NCBI GenBank assembly: GCA_038850735.1
Contig: JAWCLO010000002.1
Span: 105,902 to 169,901 of the forward strand
Reading direction: 5' to 3'
From: Methanomassiliicoccales archaeon
GTDB taxonomy: Archaea; Thermoplasmatota; Thermoplasmata; Methanomassiliicoccales; JACIVX01
Length of the DNA: 64,000 nt
A program made the translations under genes and the position numbers. The stretch's first letter is position 1; every line of letters begins with the position of its first letter. The notes below the pieces were generated by a model. The model did not search any database and was not told where the DNA came from. It saw only the letters and a list, made by a program, of their open reading frames with translations. Below, piece by piece: positions 19,435 through 29,028 of the stretch.

Positions 19435-19930
19435 ATTTGAACCTAAGACCGCGCGGAGAATGTAATAAAAGCCAATTAGGAACTGCTATATTATTTTAGA
19501 TATTGACTCAGGAATGTAATTCATACGCCGAGCGTCGAGATGAAATTATAAATACACTTTCGTCTTCAGATATCCCTTCGATTCATCGAAAAACTTTTTC
19601 CGCTACGCCTCAATCTGACTGTCTGTTAACATCCTTGGGATATCGCCAGCATTGTATAAATTCTGGCTCAAAAAGATTTACTCGCAAATGGAGAGCTTAA
19701 CCTGCTGAAAGAGCCATCAATTCTCAGCATCACACATAGTAAATCTAAATTATGCATAATCCATGAAGCTATAAAGATAATCATATCATCGAAAAATTTT
19801 GGGGATTAATAGGCACTAGTATACTAACAAAATATTGCGATCGTGGTTGTGGGTCGTATTGCTAAGATCCTTGAGACTTTGAAATTCAAATTCAATTCAT
19901 TTTTGTGAGAAATTGCATGTTTTCATAGCT

Positions 19931-19979
19931 ATTCTCAAGAATTCGGAAGAATTAAATAATTTCTTTCTATTCTTAGAAT
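19931..19979 (+). promoter_or_regulatory. pair of short inverted repeats upstream of the Lrp-lysine operon (candidate Lrp operator)
   Basis: ATTCT-CA-AGAAT (19931-19942) and ATTCT-T-AGAAT (19969-19979) are each followed by TC, giving AGAATTC. They lie 38-86 nt upstream of the Lrp start in an AT-rich leader. Confidence 0.3.
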
Positions 19980-20016
19980 TCAGCGTTACGAAAAACGAAA
20001 CTGTGGAAGGGATACC

Positions 20017-20439
20017 ATGTTGGATCATTTGGATGAGAAAATTATTGAAATTCTCAAGAAGGACTCAAGAAGACCTTTTGTTGATATTGCGAATCAACTA
20101 AAGGTTTCAGAGGGTACCGTACGCAGCAGGGTCAGACGGTTAGTTGATGATGGCATTATAAGAAGCTTTACAATAAAGACCAGCAACAAGAATGTGAAAG
20201 CAATCATAGAGATAAAAATCAACGTGAATGTCAACACATCAGTTGTTGCCAGCGAAATATCAAAATTTGAAGGAGTTTCAGAGGTCTTTGAAGTGACAGG
20301 AGATGAAGATATTGTTGCAATCGTTGATGTGAATTCTTCACCCCAGCTCAACGACATCATCGAAAAGATTAGACGATTCGAGAACGTTCAATCAACAAGA
20401 ACGAGGCTGATCTTGAAAGATTATTTTGGAGGATCTTAG
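20017..20439 (+). CDS. Lrp/AsnC family transcriptional regulator
   Basis: Contains LDEKIIEILKKDSRRPFVDIANQLKVSEGTVRSRVRRLVDDGII plus a RAM/ACT-like C-terminal domain. The stop TAG is followed directly by the dapA ATG. Confidence 0.9.
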   Translation: MLDHLDEKIIEILKKDSRRPFVDIANQLKVSEGTVRSRVRRLVDDGIIRSFTIKTSNKNVKAIIEIKINVNVNTSVVASEISKFEGVSEVFEVTGDEDIVAIVDVNSSPQLNDIIEKIRRFENVQSTRTRLILKDYFGGS

Positions 20440-21324
20440 ATGTTCTATGGTTGTGCAACCGCTATCATCACACCATTTAGGCAGGATGGAAGTATAGATG
20501 AAGAAGGGTTGCGCGAGCTTATAAATTTCCAAGAGGAACAAGGTATAGATGCTATAGTGCCGTGTGGTACAACTGGGGAATCGGCGACACTTTCTCATGA
20601 AGAGCACATTAGGGTTATAGAAATTGTTGTGGATCAGGCCAGAAAAGCTAAGGTAATTGCGGGGGCTGGAAGCAACTCTACTCAAGAAGCGATTTTTCTT
20701 AGCAAGGCAGCAAAGGATTTAGGAGCAGATGCAATACTTTCCATATCGCCTTATTACAACAAACCCACTCAGAGAGGAATTTATGAACATTATGAGAAAA
20801 TTGCAAGATCAGTTGATATCCCCATTATCATCTACAATGTACCCAGCAGAACTAGTTCTAATATCGAAGTGGCTACTGTAGCTAAACTTGCTGAAATTTC
20901 GAACATAGTTGGAATAAAAGAAGCGAGTGGAAACATAGTTCAGGTGATGAGTATAATCGCACAAACCCCAAAGAGTTTCACTGTCTTCTCAGGAGACGAT
21001 ATCCTCACATTTTCAATGATGACACTGGGTGCAAAAGGCGTCATTTCGGTTGCATCAAATGTTGCTCCTTTAATGGTTAAAAAGATGGTCGATTGTCTAC
21101 TTTCTGGCAAATGGGAAGATGCTCGCCACTTGCATTACAAATTAATGCCCTTATTCAGGACATTATTCATCGAAACAAATCCTATCCCAGTCAAAACTGC
21201 CTTAAGACTTATGGGAAAGCCAGCTGGGGTATTTAGATTGCCTCTGTGCGACATGAGTGGAGCCAATCTCGAAATTTTGAAAAACACACTACGTGAGCTG
21301 GGCATAAGTATTGGAGATCAGTGA
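20440..21324 (+). CDS. dapA: 4-hydroxy-tetrahydrodipicolinate synthase
   Basis: Contains AIITPF, GTTGE, YNVPSRT and IVGIKEASG motifs, with the active-site Lys context. Confidence 0.95.
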   Translation: MFYGCATAIITPFRQDGSIDEEGLRELINFQEEQGIDAIVPCGTTGESATLSHEEHIRVIEIVVDQARKAKVIAGAGSNSTQEAIFLSKAAKDLGADAILSISPYYNKPTQRGIYEHYEKIARSVDIPIIIYNVPSRTSSNIEVATVAKLAEISNIVGIKEASGNIVQVMSIIAQTPKSFTVFSGDDILTFSMMTLGAKGVISVASNVAPLMVKKMVDCLLSGKWEDARHLHYKLMPLFRTLFIETNPIPVKTALRLMGKPAGVFRLPLCDMSGANLEILKNTLRELGISIGDQ

Positions 21325-21339
21325 GACTTAAGAGATTGT

Positions 21340-22131
21340 GTGGTGAAAACATTGATTCGAGTCGTCGTAGCTGGTGCGACTGGAAAAATGGGTACCCTCA
21401 TTTGTGATCTTATCTCACAACAACAAGACATGGAGCTTTATGGAGCGATTGTTTCGTCATTTGGAAAAAACGTTGGGAAGAAAATCCAAAGTGACGTAAT
21501 CGCTGTTGGCGATGACAAATTAGATGTAGCCCTACAAGGCGCTGATGTATACGTAGATTTCACAACTTCAGATGCGGCTAAAAGGAATTTGATGAAGGTA
21601 CCACCAGCTGGCGTGAATATGGTGATAGGGACAACTGGTATTCCCCCAGAGTTTATTGCAAAGCTTTCAACTTCTATACGGAGGCATCAAGTCTCAGCAG
21701 TGATTTCTCCGAATTTTTCGATTGGCGTTAACGTATTTTGGAATACTTGCGAAGTAATGGCTAGAACTTTGAAGGATTATGATGTAGAGATCATTGAATT
21801 TCATCATAATCAGAAGAAAGATGCACCTTCTGGAACGGCCAAAAAAGCGGCCGAAATTATTAGCAATATTACAGGCATAAGCAAACTCGTAACAGGTAGG
21901 GAAGGAATCACTGGACCAAGGGGTAAAGAAATTGGCCTTCATGCGCTCAGGGGTGGCGATGTTATTGGTGAACACACTGTTATATTCGCTGGAAAAAGAG
22001 AAAGACTAGAACTTACTCATCGGGCACATTCAAGAGAGGCTTTTGCTGAGGGCGTGATTCATGCTATCCGATGGGTATGGCAAAGAAATGACGGTAAAAT
22101 CCATTCAATGAGTGAGGTGTTAGAGCTTTGA
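21340..22131 (+). CDS. dapB: 4-hydroxy-tetrahydrodipicolinate reductase
   Basis: Contains VVVAGATGKMG, the EFHHNQKKDAPSGTA motif, and IHALRGGDVIGEHTVIFAG. Confidence 0.9.
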   Translation: MVKTLIRVVVAGATGKMGTLICDLISQQQDMELYGAIVSSFGKNVGKKIQSDVIAVGDDKLDVALQGADVYVDFTTSDAAKRNLMKVPPAGVNMVIGTTGIPPEFIAKLSTSIRRHQVSAVISPNFSIGVNVFWNTCEVMARTLKDYDVEIIEFHHNQKKDAPSGTAKKAAEIISNITGISKLVTGREGITGPRGKEIGLHALRGGDVIGEHTVIFAGKRERLELTHRAHSREAFAEGVIHAIRWVWQRNDGKIHSMSEVLEL

Positions 22132-23483
22132 TGAAAGTTATGAAGTTTGGAGGAACGAGTGTTGGCTCTAAAGATGCTATTGAGCGTGTATTGAACATTA
22201 TCGCGCATGAAAATGCCAAGAAGGCAATCGTTGTCTCGGCGCAATCAGGGGTGACCAATGCATTATTTGCATGGATGAAAGACGATGATCAGAGTCCGGA
22301 GTCGCTCCTCGCATTTCTAGAATCGAAATACATCGATCAAGTAGCACCAAAAATGAGTGACGCTGGATCCAGTACCTACTCAACACAGATAAAGGAATCG
22401 CTTTCGAAATTGGGACCATATCTGGAACATTATAAGACTACAAAGGATCCGGCTACAGGGGATACCATTGCAAGCTGGGGCGAGCGGTTATCGGTCATCA
22501 TGATTTCATCTCTACTAAAGGCACGCGGAATCGATGCGATACCGCTGACTGCTGAAGAGGCTGGTATAGTGGCCTTGGGCGTCCACGGAAATGGTTTTGC
22601 AGATCTGAATTCAACTGCAGCGAATTTCAAGAAGACAATACTTCCATTGATGAATTCTGGTAAAGTTCCAGTCATTACGGGCTATTACGGACGTGGAAAG
22701 AACGGAAAACCAGTTACATTCGGTCGTGGTGGCTCAGATTACTCAGCAGCCGTAGTTGCATATGGGATTGGAGCAGACTACTTGGAAATCTGGACCGATG
22801 TCGATGGATTCATGACAGCAGATCCACGAATTGTTCCTTCGGCAAGGACGATAAGGGAAATGGATTATGGAGAAGCTGGCGAACTTGCATATTTTGGTGC
22901 AAAAGTGCTTCATCCGAGAACAATTGAACCAGTTCGCCGGAAGAAAATCAAATTGATTGTAAAAAATACCTTCAATCCCGAAGCTAGCGGGACGCTCATT
23001 CATAATCTCCGTTCCCCAGCAACGAGTCTTCTGAGGAGTGTTGCGATCAAATCAGATCTCTCGATCGTTAAGATCTATTCATCAGAAATCGCCTATCAGG
23101 CTGGAATTGTATCAGATCTTCTCAATGCCATCGGCGAAGATGGCATTACAACCTATGCAATTTCAACATCCCTTTCAACCCTTGCAATAGTGATTCCGAC
23201 ATCAGATGTTCCGCAAGCTCTGAAGAAAATCAATGACCTTGGTGAGTCGAGAATGGAAAAACTGATGGTAAAGAACAATATGTCTCTGATTTGCGCAGTA
23301 GGTGATAACATGATCGATACAATGGGTGTGGCAGCTAAAATATTCCAAGTCGTTGAAGAAGCACAGGCAAATGTCGAGCTGATCTCTGAAGGTGCCTCGG
23401 ACATAGCCTTGAATTTTGTTGTTCCGAGTGAGAGAGCTCATGAGGTAGTCAAACTTCTTCACGATCGATACATAGGTGGTTGA
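22131..23483 (+). CDS. lysC: aspartate kinase
   Basis: Contains MKFGGTSV, GRGGSDYSAA, and C-terminal tandem ACT domains. The start (22128, 22131 or 22140) overlaps the dapB stop. Confidence 0.9.
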   Translation: MKVMKFGGTSVGSKDAIERVLNIIAHENAKKAIVVSAQSGVTNALFAWMKDDDQSPESLLAFLESKYIDQVAPKMSDAGSSTYSTQIKESLSKLGPYLEHYKTTKDPATGDTIASWGERLSVIMISSLLKARGIDAIPLTAEEAGIVALGVHGNGFADLNSTAANFKKTILPLMNSGKVPVITGYYGRGKNGKPVTFGRGGSDYSAAVVAYGIGADYLEIWTDVDGFMTADPRIVPSARTIREMDYGEAGELAYFGAKVLHPRTIEPVRRKKIKLIVKNTFNPEASGTLIHNLRSPATSLLRSVAIKSDLSIVKIYSSEIAYQAGIVSDLLNAIGEDGITTYAISTSLSTLAIVIPTSDVPQALKKINDLGESRMEKLMVKNNMSLICAVGDNMIDTMGVAAKIFQVVEEAQANVELISEGASDIALNFVVPSERAHEVVKLLHDRYIGG

Positions 23484-24744
23484 ATTGAGAGAATTCGAGT
23501 GCATTAATGGTGAAATGTTAATTGGTGGTATCCCGGTAACAAAGTTGGCCGAAAGGTATGGAACCCCCGTTTATGTTACTGATGAGCTCGCGCTTAGGGA
23601 GAATTTTAGGCGGATCAACAAGGTCTTCTCTCGCTATATTCGAACGCGCATTCACTATGCTTGCAAAGCTAATACAAATTTAGCAATTCTTAGGATATTA
23701 AGGCAGGAAGGAAGCTATATTGATGCCGTTTCAATAGGCGAAGTTGAAACGTGCCTGAGGGCTGGTTTCTCCCCAGATAGAATCATGTATACTGGGGTGA
23801 GTGTTTCGACTAAAGAGCTAGAGGCTGTCGCTTCAAAGGGAGTATTGATCAACATTGATTCATTTTCAGAAATGCGCAGGCTTGCGAAAATCAAGAAGGA
23901 AATTCCAATATCGATACGAGTCAACCCTGATGTTGGCGCAGGTCATCACGATCACGTTGTCACAGGAAGTAGGAAATCTAAATTTGGAATTCCCAAGGAG
24001 GAAATAGTCAGGGCATATACTGAGGCCGTAGATCTTGATCTTATCCCGGTAGGTTTGCATGCACATATTGGTGCAGGCGTTCAAGATGTCGAGCCGTTCG
24101 TGAAGGTGACGGAAGTTCTGACATCCATTGCAAGAGAACTTGAAGATAAGCTGAAAATAAATCTCGAATTTATTGATATCGGTGGCGGAATCGGTATACC
24201 CTATAAGCCCGAGGAAAAACCGATGGATTTGGAACTTCTGGCTAAGGAAGTTGTTTCGAAGATCGAAGAGGGTTGCTCGGTCAAAACTCTAGCTGTTGAG
24301 CCAGGCCGATACATCGTGGCTGACACTACAGTCTTGTTAACCAGGATTGTCGATATTAAAGAAACTTCTGAAAAGAAATTTGCATGTGTAGATGCTGGCT
24401 TCAATGTGCTCATACGACCCGCATTCTACGGCTCTTACCACCACGTAGTTGTGGCAAACAAACTCAATGCCCCAGGAGAGGTGATTTATGACGTCGTTGG
24501 CCCCATCTGTGAGTCTGGAGACTTCCTTGCAAAAGAAAGACTTCTCCCACGATTAGAAGAGGGGGATCTCCTCGTGGTCTATGACGCAGGTGCATATGGA
24601 TTTGCCATGAGCTCCCAGTATAATTCTCGGCCTAGATGCCGTGAAATTCTAGTCTGCAATGGAGTTGCAAATGTCATACGCGAGGCTGAGACTCTAGACG
24701 ATTTACTGAGACTTCAGAAGATACCGTCGAGGCTGATGGTTTGA
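23476..24744 (+). CDS. lysA: diaminopimelate decarboxylase
   Basis: Shows the fold-III PLP decarboxylase pattern (YACKAN, HAHIGAG, GGGIGIPY, EPGRYIVA, CESGD). The GTG start overlaps lysC by 8 nt. Confidence 0.9.
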   Translation: MVELREFECINGEMLIGGIPVTKLAERYGTPVYVTDELALRENFRRINKVFSRYIRTRIHYACKANTNLAILRILRQEGSYIDAVSIGEVETCLRAGFSPDRIMYTGVSVSTKELEAVASKGVLINIDSFSEMRRLAKIKKEIPISIRVNPDVGAGHHDHVVTGSRKSKFGIPKEEIVRAYTEAVDLDLIPVGLHAHIGAGVQDVEPFVKVTEVLTSIARELEDKLKINLEFIDIGGGIGIPYKPEEKPMDLELLAKEVVSKIEEGCSVKTLAVEPGRYIVADTTVLLTRIVDIKETSEKKFACVDAGFNVLIRPAFYGSYHHVVVANKLNAPGEVIYDVVGPICESGDFLAKERLLPRLEEGDLLVVYDAGAYGFAMSSQYNSRPRCREILVCNGVANVIREAETLDDLLRLQKIPSRLMV

Positions 24745-25589
24745 AATTCTGGAAATATCACGGCATCGGAAACGATTTTATCCTCATTTATGATCAAACG
24801 GGAAGATTGACACCCACCGCTTCAGGAGCGGCAAGAATGTGCGATAGACATTATGGAATAGGCGGAGATGGAATCCTAATTCTTTCGCCAACGAGCGATG
24901 CAGATGCAAGAATGAGGATTTTTAATGCTGATGGCAGTGAGGCTGAAATGTGTGGAAATGGGATAAGGTGCGCCGCAAAACACCTCTATGATCATTCAAT
25001 AATAAAAAGCAAAAAAATGCGTATATCAACGCTGGCTGGAATAAAGCATGTCGAATGCCTTGTCAATGAAGGTGCTGTTTCGGAAGTTATCGTCGACATG
25101 GGCCAGGCTGTTTTGGACTGCAAGAAAATCCCAGTAAAATTCGACGGGGAGTTTATCGACAGAATAATTGAAATCGATGGGAGAAAAGTCAAAGGCACCG
25201 CGGTCTCTATAGGAAATCCACACTTCGTCACTTTTGATGATTTTACGACAGAAGAAAAGAAGACAATTGGTCCGTTATTAGAAAAGCATTCAATGTTCCC
25301 AAAAAGAACTAATGTTGAGTTTGCCACAGTGGAAAGAGATGAGATCAAAGTGGAAGTTTTTGAGAGGGGAGCTGGATGGACTTTAGGCTGCGGAACTGGT
25401 GCATGCGCTACTACTGTAGCAGCTGCAATTACGGGACGTGTAGAATTTGATAAAGAAATCAAAGTCAAACTACCCGGCGGCTCTCTTGTTATCGTAGTTC
25501 CGAAGACGCTCACTTCAATTCTAATGCGTGGTCCCGCGGTTTGTGTGTATGAAGGTAATTTCAACTGGAGTGATTTCGATGACGCATGA
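24741..25589 (+). CDS. dapF: diaminopimelate epimerase
   Basis: Contains KYHGIGNDFILI and both catalytic Cys contexts (EMCGNGIRC and GCGTGACA). The TTG start overlaps lysA by 4 nt. Confidence 0.9.
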   Translation: MKFWKYHGIGNDFILIYDQTGRLTPTASGAARMCDRHYGIGGDGILILSPTSDADARMRIFNADGSEAEMCGNGIRCAAKHLYDHSIIKSKKMRISTLAGIKHVECLVNEGAVSEVIVDMGQAVLDCKKIPVKFDGEFIDRIIEIDGRKVKGTAVSIGNPHFVTFDDFTTEEKKTIGPLLEKHSMFPKRTNVEFATVERDEIKVEVFERGAGWTLGCGTGACATTVAAAITGRVEFDKEIKVKLPGGSLVIVVPKTLTSILMRGPAVCVYEGNFNWSDFDDA

Positions 25590-26730
25590 AATTGCAGAAA
25601 GATTGAAGAAAATTCCCCCATATCTATTCGCAGAGATTGAAGCAAAAACAAGCGCCCTGAGAGCAAAGGGCATTGATATCATTGACTTCGGAATCGGCGA
25701 CCCTGATATTCCGACGCCAAGCGAAATCGTTGAAACGCTTATTAAGGAAGTAAAAGATCCCGCGAACCATCAATACCCTACGAGTGCTGGCGAGGCAGAA
25801 ACGAGGAGAGCGGTTGCCGATTGGTATTTCAAGCGCTTCGGCGTGGATCTTGATCCCGAAAAGGAAGTCGTTATAACAATGGGAAGCAAAGAGGGATTAG
25901 TCAATATTTGCAGAGCATTCATAAACCCAGGCGATAAAGTTCTTGTGCCAAGTCCTTCGTACCCTGTATATGCTCAGGGAGGCACTCTACTATCTGATGG
26001 AGTTCCTTTGAGGTTTCCGTTACTAATTGATAATAATTTTCTTGTCGACTTAGATAAACTTCCAGAAGATGCGAAAATGCTCTTTGTTAATTACCCAAAC
26101 AACCCCACCGGTGCTGTTGCAACCGACGCATTCTTAAAACAACTGGCTAAATGGGGCCGTGAGACGGGGACGATCGTCTGCTATGATAATGCGTATTCGG
26201 AGATCACCTTTGATGGTTACGTTGCGCCCAGCATATTGAAATATGGGAGAGAATTCATCGAATTCGGTTCTTTGTCAAAGACTTTCAACATGACTGGATA
26301 TAGGATTGGATATGCCGTAGGCAACGAAAGCCTGATTTCAGGCTTAAAAAAGGTCAAATCCCAGGTCGATTCTGGTGTTCCAAAATTCATTCAGAAAGCC
26401 GCTATATGTGCACTAAATCAATATGTCGATTCTAAGAAGCCGTTGAGCGTCGAAAGAAATTGCCAGATATATCTCAAAAGGCGAGATGTGTTTGTCAGAG
26501 GAATGAAAAGCCTTGGCTTCGATGTTAAGCCGCCAAAAGGAACCTTCTATCTATGGATTCCGGTCGAAGAGAACTCGATGGACTTTTCCAAGAGACTGCT
26601 AGCTACCGGGGTTGTTGTTACGCCGGGAGTTGGATTCGGAGAATATGGTGAAGGTTATGTCCGAATAGCTCTAACCCAACCTGTGGAGAGGATTGAAGAG
26701 GCTATTGAAAGAATGCGGGAGATCTTATGA
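25579..26730 (+). CDS. dapL: LL-diaminopimelate aminotransferase (class I aminotransferase, DapL-type)
   Basis: Contains PPYLFAEI, FGIGDPDIPTP, NYPNNPTG and SLSKTFNMTGYRIGY (PLP Lys). It is the last gene of the dap/lys operon. The ATG at 25579 overlaps dapF by 11 nt. The DapL assignment, as opposed to a generic aspartate aminotransferase, rests partly on context. Confidence 0.75.
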   Translation: MTHEIAERLKKIPPYLFAEIEAKTSALRAKGIDIIDFGIGDPDIPTPSEIVETLIKEVKDPANHQYPTSAGEAETRRAVADWYFKRFGVDLDPEKEVVITMGSKEGLVNICRAFINPGDKVLVPSPSYPVYAQGGTLLSDGVPLRFPLLIDNNFLVDLDKLPEDAKMLFVNYPNNPTGAVATDAFLKQLAKWGRETGTIVCYDNAYSEITFDGYVAPSILKYGREFIEFGSLSKTFNMTGYRIGYAVGNESLISGLKKVKSQVDSGVPKFIQKAAICALNQYVDSKKPLSVERNCQIYLKRRDVFVRGMKSLGFDVKPPKGTFYLWIPVEENSMDFSKRLLATGVVVTPGVGFGEYGEGYVRIALTQPVERIEEAIERMREIL

Positions 26731-27951
26731 GCTTCTCCTCACAGCTAATTTGAGGGCTTCAACCGCAGGAAGCGGCTTGCCCATCATGTAAGTCTCTAGT
26801 GCTCCTCCGCCAGTACTTACATATGTAAGGCGGTCAGAAATCTTCAACGACTCTGCAACACTGACTGTATGGCCACCTCCAATAACTGTATATGCATGCG
26901 AGCTGGCCATTGCCTTGAGTAATTCTCTTGTACCGAGCGTGAATTCCCTTTTCTCAATCATCCCAGCAGGCCCTGACATGAAAACTGTCTTCGCATTCTG
27001 AATAATCTTAATGAATTTCTCGATTGATGCTCTGCCTATATCCAGGATTGGATATTCCGAAGGAAGATCGCCTACGAGAATCTCTCGCCGTTTACCATCA
27101 ACCTCGATTGCGACATCGTGAGGAAGTATTATGTATTCGCCTTTCTCCTCCAGAAGTTTCTTTGCCGAGACCAGACTGTCCTCGCTCAACTCGCTTTCGA
27201 GGATTTCCTCATTACATGCCCCGAGATTAACTCCTCTTGCCTTGAGAAATGCATGTCCAGATAATCCAACAAGAATGACACGAGTGGCAATTTTCTTAGA
27301 GATCAAACGGCTTACTACCGCAACAATGTCGGCTAATTTCGAGCCGCCGAGAACGAATACAGACGGCTTTGTTGGATTTTCAAAAAGCTTCTTTAACATG
27401 TTCAGTTCTTTTTCCATTAACCGACCAGCAGCCGATGGTACCACAAGAGGAAAGCCCACCAACGAACAGTGAGCCCTATGAGCTGCGGCAAATGCATCAT
27501 TGACATATAAATCTACATGCGGGGCAAGCACGCTAACGAGTTCAGACTTTGCGTGCTCTTCCGGTGATTTCTTATCCTGTTCATAGGGCAATTCGCGTAC
27601 GTTCTTCAGGAGAATAGCTTCACCTGGATTGAGAGATCTTATTGCCTCGACCGCTTGTTGCCCTACGAGATCATCTACGTACCGTACTTCCTTTCCTAGA
27701 AAATTGCTCAAAATAGAGGCGTGCTCGTTCAGTGGTATGAAATCCCAGTCACCTGGTCTTCCTTGATGGGCAAGAATGATAACTTTGGCCTGCTTATCGA
27801 GCAATTCTTTCAGTGTTGGGATTACTTGCCGTATTCGATTGGCATCCTCAATTTCTAGCGTGTCCTTCTTCAATGGGCAGTTTATATCTACCCTCAAGAG
27901 AACGGTCTTTTTTCTTACATCGAAATCGTCCAGAGTATTGAATTCCCTCAT
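26725..27951 (-). CDS. pgk: phosphoglycerate kinase
   Basis: 408 aa. Contains RVDINCPL, AHQGRPG, AAAHRAHCS and STGGGA motifs. Confidence 0.95.
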   Translation of the reverse strand: MREFNTLDDFDVRKKTVLLRVDINCPLKKDTLEIEDANRIRQVIPTLKELLDKQAKVIILAHQGRPGDWDFIPLNEHASILSNFLGKEVRYVDDLVGQQAVEAIRSLNPGEAILLKNVRELPYEQDKKSPEEHAKSELVSVLAPHVDLYVNDAFAAAHRAHCSLVGFPLVVPSAAGRLMEKELNMLKKLFENPTKPSVFVLGGSKLADIVAVVSRLISKKIATRVILVGLSGHAFLKARGVNLGACNEEILESELSEDSLVSAKKLLEEKGEYIILPHDVAIEVDGKRREILVGDLPSEYPILDIGRASIEKFIKIIQNAKTVFMSGPAGMIEKREFTLGTRELLKAMASSHAYTVIGGGHTVSVAESLKISDRLTYVSTGGGALETYMMGKPLPAVEALKLAVRRSS

Positions 27952-27960
27952 AACAACACC

Positions 27961-28974
27961 TCAAAGGATGTATGAAAGGAAGTCGATCAATCGATTTGAA
28001 TATCCCCATTCATTATCGTACCAGCATAGCACCTTGACTAAATTACCTTTTTCCTTTGAAACCATGGTACTTTGCGCATCGATGATGGAGGATCGTGGGT
28101 CGCCCACTATATCAACTGACACTATTGGATCTTCCGAATAACCAAGCAAACCCCTCATAGAACCTTCCGCTGCTTTTTTGAGAACTTCGTTTACTTCAGT
28201 CTTTTCAACATTCTCCATAAGCCAAACAGTTAAATCAGAAATTGATCCGTTTGGAACAGGAACTCGGAGGGCTAAACCATCGAGCCTACCTTCGAGTTCT
28301 GGAAGAACTTCAGATACCGCTCTTGCCGCACCAGTCGTTGTTGGAATAATAGACATAGGGGCAGACCTGGCCCTCCTCAGATCAGTATGAGGGAAGTCCA
28401 GTAGTCTTTGATCAGTGGTATATGCATGAACCGTTGTCATGAGACCGCAAATTATGCCAAAATTGTCATTGAGGACTTTTGCAGGCAACGCTACGCTGTT
28501 CGTCGTACACGAAGCCATTGAGATAATATTGTGCTTCACCTTATCATATTTCTCCAGATTCACACCCAAAACTACAGTGATGTCAGGATTGACAGCCGGT
28601 GCTGTTATTAGAACTTTCTTCGCTCCAGCCTCGAGATGATGCTTACTTGCTCTTCTATCAACAAAAAATCCAGTTGCTTCAATAACGACGTCGACCTCTT
28701 CTTTTTGCCAAGGCAGACGAGAAGGGTCCTTTTCAGATAGAAATTTAACCGTTCTATCGTTGACTTTCAAAAGGCTTCCTTCCAATTCTATTTTTGCATG
28801 AAGTTTTCCGTGCACACTATCATATTTCAACAGATGAGAAAGTATTCGAGGAGCTGCAAGATCATTGATTGCCACAATTTCAAAATCATCCACATAGTTT
28901 GGTCTTTCAATAGCGCACCTGAAAAAGGAGCGGCCAATCCTGCCAAATCCGTTTATAGCTACTCTTAGGGGCAT
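27961..28974 (-). CDS. gap: type I (bacterial/eukaryal-class) glyceraldehyde-3-phosphate dehydrogenase
   Basis: Contains INGFGRIGR, the active site ASCTTNS, and WYDNEWGYS. Confidence 0.95.
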   Translation of the reverse strand: MPLRVAINGFGRIGRSFFRCAIERPNYVDDFEIVAINDLAAPRILSHLLKYDSVHGKLHAKIELEGSLLKVNDRTVKFLSEKDPSRLPWQKEEVDVVIEATGFFVDRRASKHHLEAGAKKVLITAPAVNPDITVVLGVNLEKYDKVKHNIISMASCTTNSVALPAKVLNDNFGIICGLMTTVHAYTTDQRLLDFPHTDLRRARSAPMSIIPTTTGAARAVSEVLPELEGRLDGLALRVPVPNGSISDLTVWLMENVEKTEVNEVLKKAAEGSMRGLLGYSEDPIVSVDIVGDPRSSIIDAQSTMVSKEKGNLVKVLCWYDNEWGYSNRLIDFLSYIL

Positions 28975-29028
28975 AGTATTAATTAATACTACTGAACATG
29001 CAAAAAGTATTCTATTGAGAAAGGTTGC

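Noticed and set aside
20437-20442. The Lrp stop codon TAG is followed in the same frame by the dapA ATG. This raised the idea of amber read-through, in a pyrrolysine-decoding lineage, producing an Lrp-DapA fusion.
   Set aside because: TAG also ends several other ordinary genes here (M16 peptidase, cupin, metallophosphoesterase). No Pyl machinery or methylamine methyltransferase lies in the window. The DapA N-terminus is complete on its own, so the shared frame is most likely coincidental.
25528-25578. N-terminal extensions in the ORF track that overlap upstream genes. Examples: dapL from 25528, ilvC from 33418, ksgA from 59713, KH protein from 56613, DUF835 from 49518, radical SAM from 8272, and gapII from 30072.
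   Set aside because: The track reports the longest ATG/GTG/TTG extension. In each case a downstream ATG coincides with the conserved family N-terminus, so the extension is not needed.
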